This document shows, one piece after another, positions 8,642 through 17,940 of a stretch of DNA of 17,940 nt. The position numbers were made by a program, and so were the translations under genes. The stretch comes from Sulfurimonadaceae bacterium (lineage in GTDB: Bacteria > Campylobacterota > Campylobacteria > Campylobacterales > Sulfurimonadaceae), in assembly GCA_041562555.1 (NCBI GenBank), contig JBFEXS010000034.1:1-17940 (forward strand), read 5' to 3'. The notes under the pieces are model-generated. The model did not search any database, had not been told where the DNA came from, and worked only from the letters and a program-made list of their open reading frames with translations. How positions within the stretch are numbered: position 1 is the stretch's first letter; each line of letters begins with the position of its first letter.

Positions 8642-9922
8642 ATGAGGAACTCTATTTGTCTTTTGAGTACCCTGATGTTTTCTATACCCGTATTCGCCAT
8701 TGATGATTACCGTTGTACGGAGAAGTCTTTGTGTGAAATACAGGACTATACAGAAGTATCAAGCGTAGACGAAGCATTTAGTCAAGGCAAATTTGAGGGG
8801 AAAATCCGTCTTGCATATATCGATCAAAACAATCATGAACTGGGGGCAAGCGACACCTATGGAACGTCCATAGGTGGTCAGATGAAGTATGAAACAGCCA
8901 AGTTGTATAATGTTTCATTAGCTGCATCAGCTTTTATATCACAGAAGGTAAGTCCATTGAGTGGGGATGTGAACAAGGGTGAACTTAACCCCGATTTCTT
9001 TGATGCTCAGGGGGACGCTTTCGTCTATTTAGGCGAGGCATACATCGATTATTCCTATAAGAATATTGCTCTTCGATACGGACGTCAAAAACTTGATACA
9101 CCGCTAAATGACAGGGATGATATCCGTATGCTTCCGAATACCTTTGAAGCATTGACTTTGGGATATGGTGGCATTGAACATTTTGTGTTCATGGCTGGGT
9201 ATATCAGCGCATGGGCAGGGTATGACTCCGGTGATGATATCTCAAAATTCAAAGATATCCCCGGAGAAGTCTCTGCCACCGGTGAGATAGGAGAAGGCGT
9301 CGCGCTGGCAGGTGTGATGAATGATTCAATCGAGGGTGTTGATCTTCAGGCCTGGTATTATGACTTCAACAAGCTTGCAGGTGTTGTTTATGCTGATGCC
9401 GTCTATGCAGCAGAATACTCCGGTGGCCTTGGGGTAGAATTCGGGGTACAGTATGGGAACTATGCCGAAAAATCCTCATCGGGAGTAGATGGTGATGCTT
9501 ACGGAGGGGTATTGGCCCTTAGTTATGATGTCTTTACCCTTGGTAGCGCAGTGAATGAGGCAAAAAGTTCTGGTGGAAAAAGTGTTATATTGGGATACGG
9601 GGGCGGTCCCTATTTTACATCCATGGAAGAGATGACAATAGACTCGATTAACGATGCGCAGGCCTATGTCTTATCAGCAGAGCTGGACCTTTCCAATCTT
9701 TTACTTGACTCCATGGCGCTTTTTTACGCTTATGGACATTTTGAAGGAAATGATTCAGGCAGCGATACCGAATACATAGAACAGGATATCATCCTGAGTT
9801 ACGGAATCAATGAGAGTGCTGATCTTGAACTCAGTTATGCTTATGTGGATGACCGTGTGAATAGTGGTGCTGGTGATACGGGATATGATAGATTCCTGGC
9901 ACGGGCAAATTATAGTTTTTAA
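8642..9922 (+). CDS. Outer-membrane porin, OprD/Opr family
   Basis: Signal peptide ending VFA; YLGEAYIDY and GRQKLDTPL...DIRMLPNTFEA motifs; amphipathic beta strands; C-terminal ANYSF (BAM signal Phe). Confidence 0.88.
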   Translation: MRNSICLLSTLMFSIPVFAIDDYRCTEKSLCEIQDYTEVSSVDEAFSQGKFEGKIRLAYIDQNNHELGASDTYGTSIGGQMKYETAKLYNVSLAASAFISQKVSPLSGDVNKGELNPDFFDAQGDAFVYLGEAYIDYSYKNIALRYGRQKLDTPLNDRDDIRMLPNTFEALTLGYGGIEHFVFMAGYISAWAGYDSGDDISKFKDIPGEVSATGEIGEGVALAGVMNDSIEGVDLQAWYYDFNKLAGVVYADAVYAAEYSGGLGVEFGVQYGNYAEKSSSGVDGDAYGGVLALSYDVFTLGSAVNEAKSSGGKSVILGYGGGPYFTSMEEMTIDSINDAQAYVLSAELDLSNLLLDSMALFYAYGHFEGNDSGSDTEYIEQDIILSYGINESADLELSYAYVDDRVNSGAGDTGYDRFLARANYSF

Positions 9923-9931
9923 AAAGGGGTT

Positions 9932-11566
9932 GTGATGAGTTGGTTGTTCAATATTAAAATTAAAAGTATTTTAATCGGGGTTGCAAGTTTGGTCATTGCT
10001 GTACTTATTTTAAGTACAACCTTGAATTATTTCAGTCTTGTCAATATCAAATATAATTCAGATAGGCAGATGGAAGAGATACTTCCGAATACCATGGACT
10101 TCCTTGATCTGAAGATCAATGTCATACAAATACAGCAGTGGTTGACGGACATTTCGGCAACGCGGGCCAAAGAGGGCTTTGATGATGGATTTGTTGAAGC
10201 TGAAAAGCATTTCAAAGGGGCGAATGAAAACCTGGAACGATTGATACGAATGCATGCTGAGCTTGATGAGTCGGACATGGTCGAGGGTCTGAATGCATAT
10301 AAACAGGATCTGCAGGCTTTTTATGATCTTGGAGTAAAAATGGCAAATGTTTATATCACGGATGGTCCGGATGCGGGAAATCAGTGGATGATTAAATTGG
10401 ATCCATATGCTGCAAGACTTTCAGAACGACTGGATAAATGGGTGCAGACCCATAAACAAGAGTCTCAGGAGGTCTCAATAGAGATCTCAAAAAATGTCTC
10501 AGCCATGACGCTTCAAAGTCTCTCGTTATCAGCAGTAGTGGCGGTGGTCGCTCTTATCGCTGCTTTAGTGATCAATAAGCTGTTGAACTCAATTCACACA
10601 ATCAATAATTTTCTTATGCGTCTTTCGAAGTTGGACTTCAGAGGGAGTCTTGCACTTGAAGGAAGCAATGAGATAGCGTCAATCGTCAAGAACCTTCTAG
10701 CACTGGTCGATGTTCTAAAAGAATTTATATCCGAGACACGAAGTTCTGCCGACGAAAATTTTGCGATATCCTATGAACTGTCTACAACAGCATCCATTGT
10801 CGGTAAGAAGGTTGAAGAGGTGACGGTGATCGTCAATGAGACGACAGCCAAGGCTAAAGAGATCTCCTCCGAGGTGACAGTTTCGGTCAATGATGCAAAT
10901 GAGAGTAAAAAGAACATTATGCAGGCAAATGAGAACTTGAATGAAGTAACGCAAGAGGTCACCAGGTTGACGGCTGAGGTACAGGAGACTGCGCAGGTAG
11001 AAGCAGAGATGGCGGAGAAGATCGAGCAGTTAAGTGCGGATGCGGATCAAGTCAAGGAAGTTCTGACCGTTATCTCGGACATTGCCGATCAAACAAATCT
11101 TTTGGCCTTGAATGCGGCGATTGAAGCAGCACGTGCCGGGGAACATGGACGCGGATTTGCCGTCGTTGCGGATGAGGTCCGAAAGCTGGCGGAACGTACA
11201 CAAAAAAGCCTTGTGGAGATCCAGTCTACGATCAATGTCATTGTACAGGCTATTATGGAAGCCGGTGATCAGATGAATAAAAACTCGATGAACATCCAAG
11301 AGTTAGCCGGGATCTCTACGCAAGTGGAAGAAAAGATAACCTATACCGTCGGTATCATGCATGAAGTGAACCGCGTGAGTGAAAAAACGGTTGCCGATTT
11401 TGAAGAGACCGGGAGACATGTCGATGCTATCGCTTCGGAGATCAATGATATCAACACGATTGTCACATCCAATGCAAAGAGTGTTGAAGAGATAGCAACC
11501 GCTTCCGAACATTTAAACGCACTGACGGAAAAACTTAACTATAAAATGCAACAGTTTGAGGTCTAG
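9932..11566 (+). CDS. Methyl-accepting chemotaxis protein (TM, helical periplasmic sensor, TM, HAMP, MA); start may be ATG 9935
   Basis: Signalling core [41 protein letters not shown]; two TM segments. Confidence 0.96.
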   Translation: MMSWLFNIKIKSILIGVASLVIAVLILSTTLNYFSLVNIKYNSDRQMEEILPNTMDFLDLKINVIQIQQWLTDISATRAKEGFDDGFVEAEKHFKGANENLERLIRMHAELDESDMVEGLNAYKQDLQAFYDLGVKMANVYITDGPDAGNQWMIKLDPYAARLSERLDKWVQTHKQESQEVSIEISKNVSAMTLQSLSLSAVVAVVALIAALVINKLLNSIHTINNFLMRLSKLDFRGSLALEGSNEIASIVKNLLALVDVLKEFISETRSSADENFAISYELSTTASIVGKKVEEVTVIVNETTAKAKEISSEVTVSVNDANESKKNIMQANENLNEVTQEVTRLTAEVQETAQVEAEMAEKIEQLSADADQVKEVLTVISDIADQTNLLALNAAIEAARAGEHGRGFAVVADEVRKLAERTQKSLVEIQSTINVIVQAIMEAGDQMNKNSMNIQELAGISTQVEEKITYTVGIMHEVNRVSEKTVADFEETGRHVDAIASEINDINTIVTSNAKSVEEIATASEHLNALTEKLNYKMQQFEV

Positions 11567-11654
11567 AGAGTGTTGTGTCATTTTAAATGCCAAAAGAACT
11601 TCCTTGTGTAAGCAGGGATAAAGACAATATCTTTAAAAATTTATGATACTTTAA

Positions 11655-11673
11655 AATGATATTTATTATCATT
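11655..11673. promoter_or_regulatory. Fur-box-like inverted repeat upstream of feoAB
   Basis: AATGATA-TTTAT-TATCATT. The core TGATATT-T-ATTATCA differs at one position from the 7-1-7 Fur consensus TGATAAT-N-ATTATCA and abuts a candidate -10 (TACACT, 11673-11678). Confidence 0.82.
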
Positions 11674-11706
11674 ACACTAATAAATGATACATAAAGAAGA
11701 TATTGG

Positions 11707-11937
11707 ATGAAAAATCTAACACAATGTGAGAGAGGTACACAGTGTACCATCTCCAAACTACACGCAAGTGGCCCGTTAAAACAGCGTCTGATGTCCTTTG
11801 GAATGGCTCGTGGGGTTAACATCGAGCTATTGGAATACTCACCGGCAAAAAGTACGGTGGAGGTCAAAGTGGGAAAGATGCGTATTGCACTGCGCAAGGA
11901 AGAAGCTGAGCTGATAGAGGTAGATATCAATGAATAA
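11707..11937 (+). CDS. feoA: Ferrous iron transport protein A
   Basis: LKQRLMSFGM and RIALRKEEA motifs; 76 aa; overlaps feoB by 8 nt. Confidence 0.95.
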   Translation: MKNLTQCERGTQCTISKLHASGPLKQRLMSFGMARGVNIELLEYSPAKSTVEVKVGKMRIALRKEEAELIEVDINE

Positions 11938-14032
11938 GATCAAGATTGCCCTAGTCGGTCAGCCAAATGTCGGTAAATCGATGCTGATCAACTCAATTTC
12001 GAATGCACACCTGCATGTCGGTAACTTTACCGGGGTCACGGTGGAGAAGTCAGAAGTACATTTTGAGTTTCAAGACCACTCCTTTGTAGTCGTTGATTTA
12101 CCGGGGACGTACGCTTTTACGGATTACTCCATCGAAGAGCGTGTGACACATGACTATCTTTGTAATGAAGAGTATGATCTTATCCTGAACGTCGTGGATG
12201 CGACAAATCTTGAGAAGAACCTTCAACTTACCGCCGAATTGATGACGATGTCCAAGAAGATCGTTCTCGCGATGAATATGATGGATGAGGCTGAGAAAGA
12301 GGGTATTGAGATCGATGCGCGTTATTTTACCGAGCTGACAGGACTTCCGGCAGTCAAGGTGTCGGCGGTGGCTCAAACAGGTCTGGAAGAGATGCTCTAT
12401 CTTGCTATCAAGACACATAAGGCAAGAAGACAGGAGCAAAAGCTTATTTTTTCCGAAGCCTTGGAAGAAGAGATCACGACGATCACCGAGTATCTTGACA
12501 GACATCACTTCAAAGCACAGATCTCCAACCGGAATATTGCGATCAATTTGCTGCAAAATGAGAAAAAGACCTATCGTACCTTACATGATAATCCTATCTG
12601 GACTGAATTGCAGCCGATTTTGATCGAAGCGGATAGACATATTGCGCTGCACCATGCTACAGATGACCTAAAAGAAGTGTTCGCAGAAGAATATATGGCA
12701 TATAATCGCGGTATCGTCACGGAGACGATGAAAGTGACTAAACTGGATATTGCGGAACTGACGATGACGGAGAAGATCGACAAGGTCTTGATCCATCAGT
12801 TCTTTGGGATTCCTATTTTTCTATTTTTTATGTGGGGTCTGTTTCAGCTTACCTTTGAGATCGGGTCGATTCCTATGGACTGGATTGATGCCTTCTTCGG
12901 ATGGTTTGGTGATGTCGTCGGTGCGACCATTTCCAATGATGCCGTGCGTTCACTGATCGTTGACGGAATTATTGCGGGAGTGGGTGCCGTGGTGCTTTTT
13001 ATCCCGAATATCGTGATCCTTTTTATCGGTATCGCCTTGCTGGAGAGTACGGGATACATGTCAAGGGTGGCCTTTTTACTGGACGGATTTTTTCATAAGT
13101 TTGGTCTGCACGGACAGTCTTTTATTCCCCTTGTAACGGGATTCGGGTGTTCTATTCCTGCCTATATGTCGGCACGTGTTCTGAAGAATGACAGGGATAG
13201 ATTACTGACACTCTTTATCATCGGGTTCATGTCTTGCGGGGCGAGGCTCCCGGTATATGTACTCTTTGCCGGAGCTTTTTTCTCGGAATCTCATGCAGGT
13301 AATGTCTTGTTCGCGATCTATATCTTGGGGGCATTGATAGGACTGGTTGCAGCGAAGGTACTGCGTCTGACTGCATTTAAAGGTCTGGACGAGCCCTTTG
13401 TAATGGAGATGCCGAAATACAGGTTGCCTTCATTTAAGTTGATCTGGCATACGGTAAAAACCAAGACATGGATGTATCTGAAAAAAGCAGGTACGTTCAT
13501 CGCTGCTGCAGCGATGTTGATATGGTTCTTGTCTAATTATCCCAAAAACATTGAAATTGAGACAGCTTTTGAAGCAAAAATAGAGTTAGCCGGCGAGGAC
13601 AAAAAAATTGTCCTGGAAAATCAACTCAAGGAAGCATTGTTGGCACAAAGTTACTTGGGTCGAATCGGAAAATTCATTGAGCCGGTCTTTACACCGCTAG
13701 GATTTGACTGGAAGATGGCAGTAGCACTGCAGACTGGACTCGCTGCTAAAGAGGTCGTCGTATCGACATTGGGTGTTCTGTATGCATTGGGGGACGAAGT
13801 GGATGAATCAAGTTCAGGTCTGATGAATGCGATCTCCAAACACATTCCTTTTCCTTCGGCAGTGGCCTTTATTGTCGTCATCATGATCTATCTTCCGTGT
13901 CTGGCCGCTTCAGTTGTCTTCACGAAAGAGGCCGGGGGAATCAAATATTTCTTCTATCTATTTGCTTTGACGACTGTTGTCGCGTATGTCCTGGCTTTTG
14001 TCGCGTACAGGATCACACTGTTGATCGTTTAG
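11930..14032 (+). CDS. feoB: Ferrous iron transport protein B
   Basis: G motifs GQPNVGKS, NFTGVTVE, DLPG, NMMD; membrane domain with GFGCSIPA, MSCGARLP, FVMEMPKY, IYLPC. Confidence 0.98.
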   Translation: MNKIKIALVGQPNVGKSMLINSISNAHLHVGNFTGVTVEKSEVHFEFQDHSFVVVDLPGTYAFTDYSIEERVTHDYLCNEEYDLILNVVDATNLEKNLQLTAELMTMSKKIVLAMNMMDEAEKEGIEIDARYFTELTGLPAVKVSAVAQTGLEEMLYLAIKTHKARRQEQKLIFSEALEEEITTITEYLDRHHFKAQISNRNIAINLLQNEKKTYRTLHDNPIWTELQPILIEADRHIALHHATDDLKEVFAEEYMAYNRGIVTETMKVTKLDIAELTMTEKIDKVLIHQFFGIPIFLFFMWGLFQLTFEIGSIPMDWIDAFFGWFGDVVGATISNDAVRSLIVDGIIAGVGAVVLFIPNIVILFIGIALLESTGYMSRVAFLLDGFFHKFGLHGQSFIPLVTGFGCSIPAYMSARVLKNDRDRLLTLFIIGFMSCGARLPVYVLFAGAFFSESHAGNVLFAIYILGALIGLVAAKVLRLTAFKGLDEPFVMEMPKYRLPSFKLIWHTVKTKTWMYLKKAGTFIAAAAMLIWFLSNYPKNIEIETAFEAKIELAGEDKKIVLENQLKEALLAQSYLGRIGKFIEPVFTPLGFDWKMAVALQTGLAAKEVVVSTLGVLYALGDEVDESSSGLMNAISKHIPFPSAVAFIVVIMIYLPCLAASVVFTKEAGGIKYFFYLFALTTVVAYVLAFVAYRITLLIV

Positions 14033-14051
14033 ATGCTTTTTCTTTAGAGAT

Positions 14052-14074
14052 TCTTCCTTCCGGGGAAGATTTCT
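14052..14074 (+). terminator. Probable intrinsic terminator of feoAB
   Basis: TCTTCCT-TCCG-GGGAAGA stem-loop followed by TTTCT, about 20 nt after the feoB stop. Confidence 0.55.
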
Positions 14075-14115
14075 ATTCCCTGCGTATAAAAACTTCTTCT
14101 CTATTGCTTTTTTTC

Positions 14116-14124
14116 TGCTAAAAT
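14116..14124 (+). promoter_or_regulatory. Extended -10 immediately upstream of the ArsR-like start codon
   Basis: TGCTAAAAT ends 6 nt before ATG 14131 and is preceded by periodic T-tracts. No SD. Confidence 0.72.
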
Positions 14125-14130
14125 AGTCCC

Positions 14131-14796
14131 ATGATAAAAATACTGATGATTGAAGATGATTTAGAATTAGCAGAAGTGTTAACGGAGTTTCTTGAGGATC
14201 TGGATATGGAGATCAAGACAGAAGATGATCCTTTTAAGGCACTGAGTTTATTGAAGTTGGAGTCATTTGATCTGGTGATCCTGGACTTGACACTACCGGG
14301 TATGGATGGACTGGAGGTCTGCGCCGAGATAAGAGCAAAACAGAATGTCCCTATCATTATCTCGTCAGCCCGATCTGATATCAAGGATAAGGTCACCGCT
14401 CTGGAACTGGGGGCGGATGATTATCTTCCAAAGCCTTATGACCCAAGAGAACTCGAAGCACGCATTAACTCGGTCCTGCGCCGATACGAGAATGTGGAAG
14501 TGGGAGAAATAGGCCAGGAGCATTCGGACTTTTCACTGGATGAAGGCTCGATGGAAATACGTTATAAGTCCAAACTGCTAGACCTTACTAACGCCGAATA
14601 CGGCATATTGGCGTATATGATCCGTAAGCAGGGTTTTGTCATCTCCCGTGAGGACCTTATTCATAATGTTGCCGCGATCAATGAAGAGAGCTCGAACAAG
14701 AGTATTGACGTTATGGTCGGCCGTATTCGTAATAAAATAGGTGATAAGGCACTTATTGAATCGATCCGCGGTATCGGATATAAACTTCTGAAGTAG
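14131..14796 (+). CDS. OmpR-family response regulator, ArsR(HP0166)/CprR/RacR-like
   Basis: ILMIEDDLELAE, ILDLTLPGMDGLEVC, PIIISSARSD, LGADDYLPKPYDP and KSIDVMVGRIR resemble this Campylobacterota subfamily (from recall). Confidence 0.95.
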   Translation: MIKILMIEDDLELAEVLTEFLEDLDMEIKTEDDPFKALSLLKLESFDLVILDLTLPGMDGLEVCAEIRAKQNVPIIISSARSDIKDKVTALELGADDYLPKPYDPRELEARINSVLRRYENVEVGEIGQEHSDFSLDEGSMEIRYKSKLLDLTNAEYGILAYMIRKQGFVISREDLIHNVAAINEESSNKSIDVMVGRIRNKIGDKALIESIRGIGYKLLK

Positions 14797-14808
14797 GATC
14801 CCCCACGC

Positions 14809-16089
14809 TTGCCTAGATATTCCATACTTATTACTGTTATGATCGCTTTGATCGTAACCCTGGGAACGGTAAGTTTTACAGTGTGGTAGTTTTATCAGCT
14901 CAACCGGCAACAATATCTTTCCAATATCTTTTCCAAAAATGAGTTGATCCGACAGATTTACACCGATGCCGTACGTCGAAAAAGTACCTTGACCCTTCTG
15001 GAGAAGAACCTCGCATTTTATAACCTAAGACTAGAGAATGATAAAACGAGAATAGAAGAGGTTCTTTCCAGGAGTGAAAAGGTACAAAAAGAGGTCTTTG
15101 AGGGTAGTAATAAGTTCTTAAGCGTAGAAAAACCGAAGCTGCTGATTTCACAGATGTTGGAAGAGAATTACATCGAGATGCTTATTTATCAGGATAAGGT
15201 CTATTTTCATCTGCATACGGCGGCTGAGTATTTTTTGTTTGAAGCGCAGGATCTTGAGCCATATCATATGGGGAACCTTTTATATGCCTACTTGACGATC
15301 GTATGGATTATCCTGTTTTCCTATTTTTATATTCTGCGCAGTTTTTTCCCGTTAAGAAAGCTTAGAGACAATATTAAAAAATTTGCTGACGGTGATTTGA
15401 GTGTCTCGTTTGTGGTCAAAGGAAAGGACGAGATCGCTGAAGTGGCGAATGAGTTCAATAATGCAGCTCAGAAGATCAATGCTCTGATCGAATCGCGAAA
15501 CCTGTTCTTGCGCAATATCATGCACGAGTTGAAAACCCCAATTACCAAGGGACGTTTTTCTGTTGAGATGCTTGAGGAGAACAAGTATAAAACACGTCTG
15601 TTAAACGTCTTCATACGTATGGAAGGTTTGATCAACGAGATGGCTTTGGTAGAACAGATCGCTTCGGGGTTTGAGCAGACGAACGTCGAAGAGTACCGTG
15701 CAATTGATGTGATCACGGAAGCACTGGATATGGGCTTCTTTGAAAGTGACAGCTATACCATTGATATCAGTGCGGATCTTATGTTGTATGTAGACTATAA
15801 GCTTTTTGCAACAGCTATCAAGAATATGATCGATAATGCGATCAAGTATTCAGATGATAAAAAGGTGATCATCACAGCACGGGAGGGTAAACTGCTTTTT
15901 GAGAATTATGGAAAAGGTCTGGATGAGCCTCTGGCATACTATCTTGAGCCTTTTACCAAATCACATAAAGCGGTACACAGTTTTGGTCTTGGATTGTATA
16001 TTGTCAATGCGATCATAGAGTCACACGGCTATAAGCTGATGTATGAACATCTCAACGGTTGGAACCGTTTTTGGTTTGAGTTAAAGTAA
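14809..16089 (+). pseudogene. ArsS/CprS/RacS-like sensor histidine kinase with in-frame TAG at codon 27
   Basis: TTG 14809 (AGGA at 14795-14798) opens MPRYSILITVMIALIVTLGTVSFTVW*FYQLNRQQYLSNIFSKNE, in frame with the 14944..16089 ORF (TM2, HAMP GKDEIAEVANEF, IMHELKTPITKG, IDNAIKYS, SFGLGLY). TAG at 14887-14889. Confidence 0.88.
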
Positions 16090-16093
16090 AAGA

Positions 16094-17395
16094 CTATTTT
16101 GTATGGCCGATAAAGGCCTGCACTTCTTGTACCTGCTGTACTATCTTCTGTATCTCTTCATGATTGAGTTTGGCACCGTCTCCTGCCTGCATGATCGCCT
16201 GGATGATGATAGAGATAGAGGCATGAATATCAGAGAGACTGCGTTGGGTCTTTTCTGCCAGCTTTCTGACTTCATCTGCGACTACGGCAAATCCTCGGCC
16301 ATGTTCGCCGGCGCGTGCTGCTTCGATTGCGGCATTGAGTGCAAGCAAGTTGGTCTGATCGGCGATATCTCCGATGACGCTGAGGATGTCTTTGATAGAC
16401 TCCGTGTCTTGGGTGAGCTGATCAAACTGTAATTGAAACTCGTCTTGTTGTTGTACAGAGTTGTCAAGACTGACACTCAAGGCGGTCAGCTCTTTTTGTA
16501 TTTTTTCCTCTTTTGGCAGGGTCTGTACATTGACAGAAAGCTGCTCTTTTGTGCGGACCAACTCATCTTCAAGTTTGGACAACTTGGCATTGAGGTCATA
16601 TTGACGCTCTTTCTCAGTGTGCAACTGCTGTGACAGTTTTGATCTTTCATCTTCAAAAATCTTCTGCGTATTTTGCTGCTCATGCTGCAATGACCGGAGT
16701 TGTTGTTCCGTAGCTATATGATGTTCTTTTTCCTTTTTGAGTGTATCGATAAGCTGTGTGAAGAACGCGTTGTCACCTTCATGATCGGATGTGTAAGGTA
16801 AGTCGTTCGTCACTGAGACTTGGGACTGAAGGTTCTCTAGATTGCGGTTCATATGGGTATATACACTCCAAAGAAGGGCTAAACTGACTATTGTAATTAG
16901 AACGATAAAAGTTATGAACACAAGGTGATTGTCCGGATGTTGGGGTCGAGAGACGAAACGGTTCTTTTCAAGAACCAAGTCCAAACCAAGTTCACTCATC
17001 TTTGAGTACTCGCTTTTGAGTTCGCTGATCAGTTGAGCTTCATCATCCGATAGAGCCTCCACGATAGAAGAGATGTGCAGATCCATTTTCTGTTTGAGTG
17101 CTTCTAAACGTTTGTCCGCCTGGGTATCGAAACTAAGGGCAGAAGCAATGTTCTCATGGGATGCAAGGATGAGATAGATAAGGGGAAGTCGCTCTTCTGC
17201 TTTCAGACTTGGATTGAGACGGTCGCTGAGCCGATTAAGTTCTTCGTATGCCGCTTCAAACTCTTGAGTATCAAGGGTCGATGAGAAGTTTTTGATGGGA
17301 TCTTGAGGTAAAAAGAGCAGATAACTTATACTGCTCAGACTTAATGTGAGAATGAGTATGCTAAGAAGTATAAATCTGTTTTTCATTGTTTTCAT
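16094..17395 (-). CDS. Atypical methyl-accepting chemotaxis-like protein with short signalling domain (start 17395 or 17386)
   Basis: Two TM segments, a long coiled coil, and core [41 protein letters not shown] near the C terminus. A -10 TAAAAT at 17417..17412 overlaps ATG 17413, arguing for a later start. Confidence 0.88.
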   Translation of the reverse strand: MKTMKNRFILLSILILTLSLSSISYLLFLPQDPIKNFSSTLDTQEFEAAYEELNRLSDRLNPSLKAEERLPLIYLILASHENIASALSFDTQADKRLEALKQKMDLHISSIVEALSDDEAQLISELKSEYSKMSELGLDLVLEKNRFVSRPQHPDNHLVFITFIVLITIVSLALLWSVYTHMNRNLENLQSQVSVTNDLPYTSDHEGDNAFFTQLIDTLKKEKEHHIATEQQLRSLQHEQQNTQKIFEDERSKLSQQLHTEKERQYDLNAKLSKLEDELVRTKEQLSVNVQTLPKEEKIQKELTALSVSLDNSVQQQDEFQLQFDQLTQDTESIKDILSVIGDIADQTNLLALNAAIEAARAGEHGRGFAVVADEVRKLAEKTQRSLSDIHASISIIIQAIMQAGDGAKLNHEEIQKIVQQVQEVQAFIGHTK

Positions 17396-17411
17396 GTCTT
17401 CTCTAAAGCAC

Positions 17412-17435
17412 ATTTTATGCCATAGTGGTTACAAT
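17412..17435. promoter_or_regulatory. Back-to-back divergent -10 elements (MCP-like gene and surE)
   Basis: Minus strand TAAAAT at 17417..17412; plus strand GTTACAAT with TACAAT at 17430-17435. Confidence 0.5.
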
Positions 17436-17466
17436 CATAAGATGAATACAAAATAGGACGACGTTT

Positions 17467-17940
17467 TTGAGTAAAAAAGAGATACTAATCACTAATGACG
17501 ATGGTTTTGATGCCCAGGGGCTGCGTGCACTCATTGATGCCCTTAAAGATATTGCTCATTTGACTATCGTGGCTCCAGCTACAGAAAAATCGGCCTGTGG
17601 GCATTCACTGACCTTGACCCATCCCTTGCGTTTTGTGCAGGTCGAAGATGATTTTTATAAGTTGAGTGATGGAACACCGAGTGATTGTGTCTATATGGCT
17701 TTACACTCACTGTATGGAGACAGAAAGCCGGATCTGTTGATCAGTGGAATCAATCGCGGTTCGAATATGGGCGAAGACATCACCTATTCGGGTACGGTCG
17801 CCGGTGCTATGGAGGCGGTCTTGCATGATGTTCCTGCTATTGCCATCTCTCAGGTTATTGGAGGGTCACAACATGGATTGGATGTTGATTATACCCTGGC
17901 ACAGGAAGTGGCAAGAGATCTCGTTGAAAAGATATTTGCC
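17467..17940 (+). CDS. surE: 5'/3'-nucleotidase SurE (3' end outside window)
   Basis: Manual translation from TTG 17467 (AGGA at 17455-17458): MSKKEILITNDDGFDAQG...VAPATEKSACGHSLT...DGTPSDC...LISGINRGSNMGEDITYSGTVAGAMEA. Open to the window end; absent from the ORF track. Confidence 0.97.
   Translation, partial: MSKKEILITNDDGFDAQGLRALIDALKDIAHLTIVAPATEKSACGHSLTLTHPLRFVQVEDDFYKLSDGTPSDCVYMALHSLYGDRKPDLLISGINRGSNMGEDITYSGTVAGAMEAVLHDVPAIAISQVIGGSQHGLDVDYTLAQEVARDLVEKIFA

Noticed and set aside
11080..11200. Similarity to 16250-16370 on the opposite strand as an inverted repeat or recent duplication
   Set aside because: Explained by the conserved MCP signalling tip; synonymous positions differ.
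11601..11618. Hairpin TCCTTGT-GTAA-GCAGGGA after the MCP as a terminator or small RNA
   Set aside because: Weak stem with two G-U pairs and no U-tract; too little support to call.
10027..13884. Minus-strand ORFs inside the MCP, feoA and feoB, including 11583..11930
   Set aside because: Antisense shadows; 11583..11930 also runs across the Fur box and promoter.
14887..14889. Amber recoding (pyrrolysine or alternative genetic code)
   Set aside because: TAG terminates five genes in this window at their natural C termini, and no pyl genes or suppressor tRNA are visible.
17396..17413. ATG 17413 as the start of the MCP-like gene
   Set aside because: It overlaps the probable -10 element and lacks an SD; 17395 or 17386 fit better.

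Overview
Chromosomal region of a probable Campylobacterota (Sulfurimonas/Sulfurovum-like) bacterium, inferred from the ArsR/CprR-type regulator, the Opr-type porin and (TGn)TAnAAT promoters. It is dominated by signal transduction: 4 histidine kinases (one partial), 3 OmpR-family regulators and 2 chemoreceptors. Also present are adk, a CDP-alcohol phosphatidyltransferase, an SGNH/GDSL hydrolase, an outer-membrane porin, feoAB with an upstream Fur-like box, and partial surE. I see no mobile element, CRISPR array or RNA gene. The main observations the ORF track misses are that two sensor kinases are disrupted at their first transmembrane helix (in-frame TAG at 14887 in the ArsS-like kinase; frameshift near 7177 in the hybrid kinase), the ArsR-like gene looks leaderless, and a Cys/His-rich kinase with degenerate ATP-binding boxes is coupled to a small unknown protein. 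A porin and a chemoreceptor also appear to form an operon. All calls come from motif recognition only; no searches were run.
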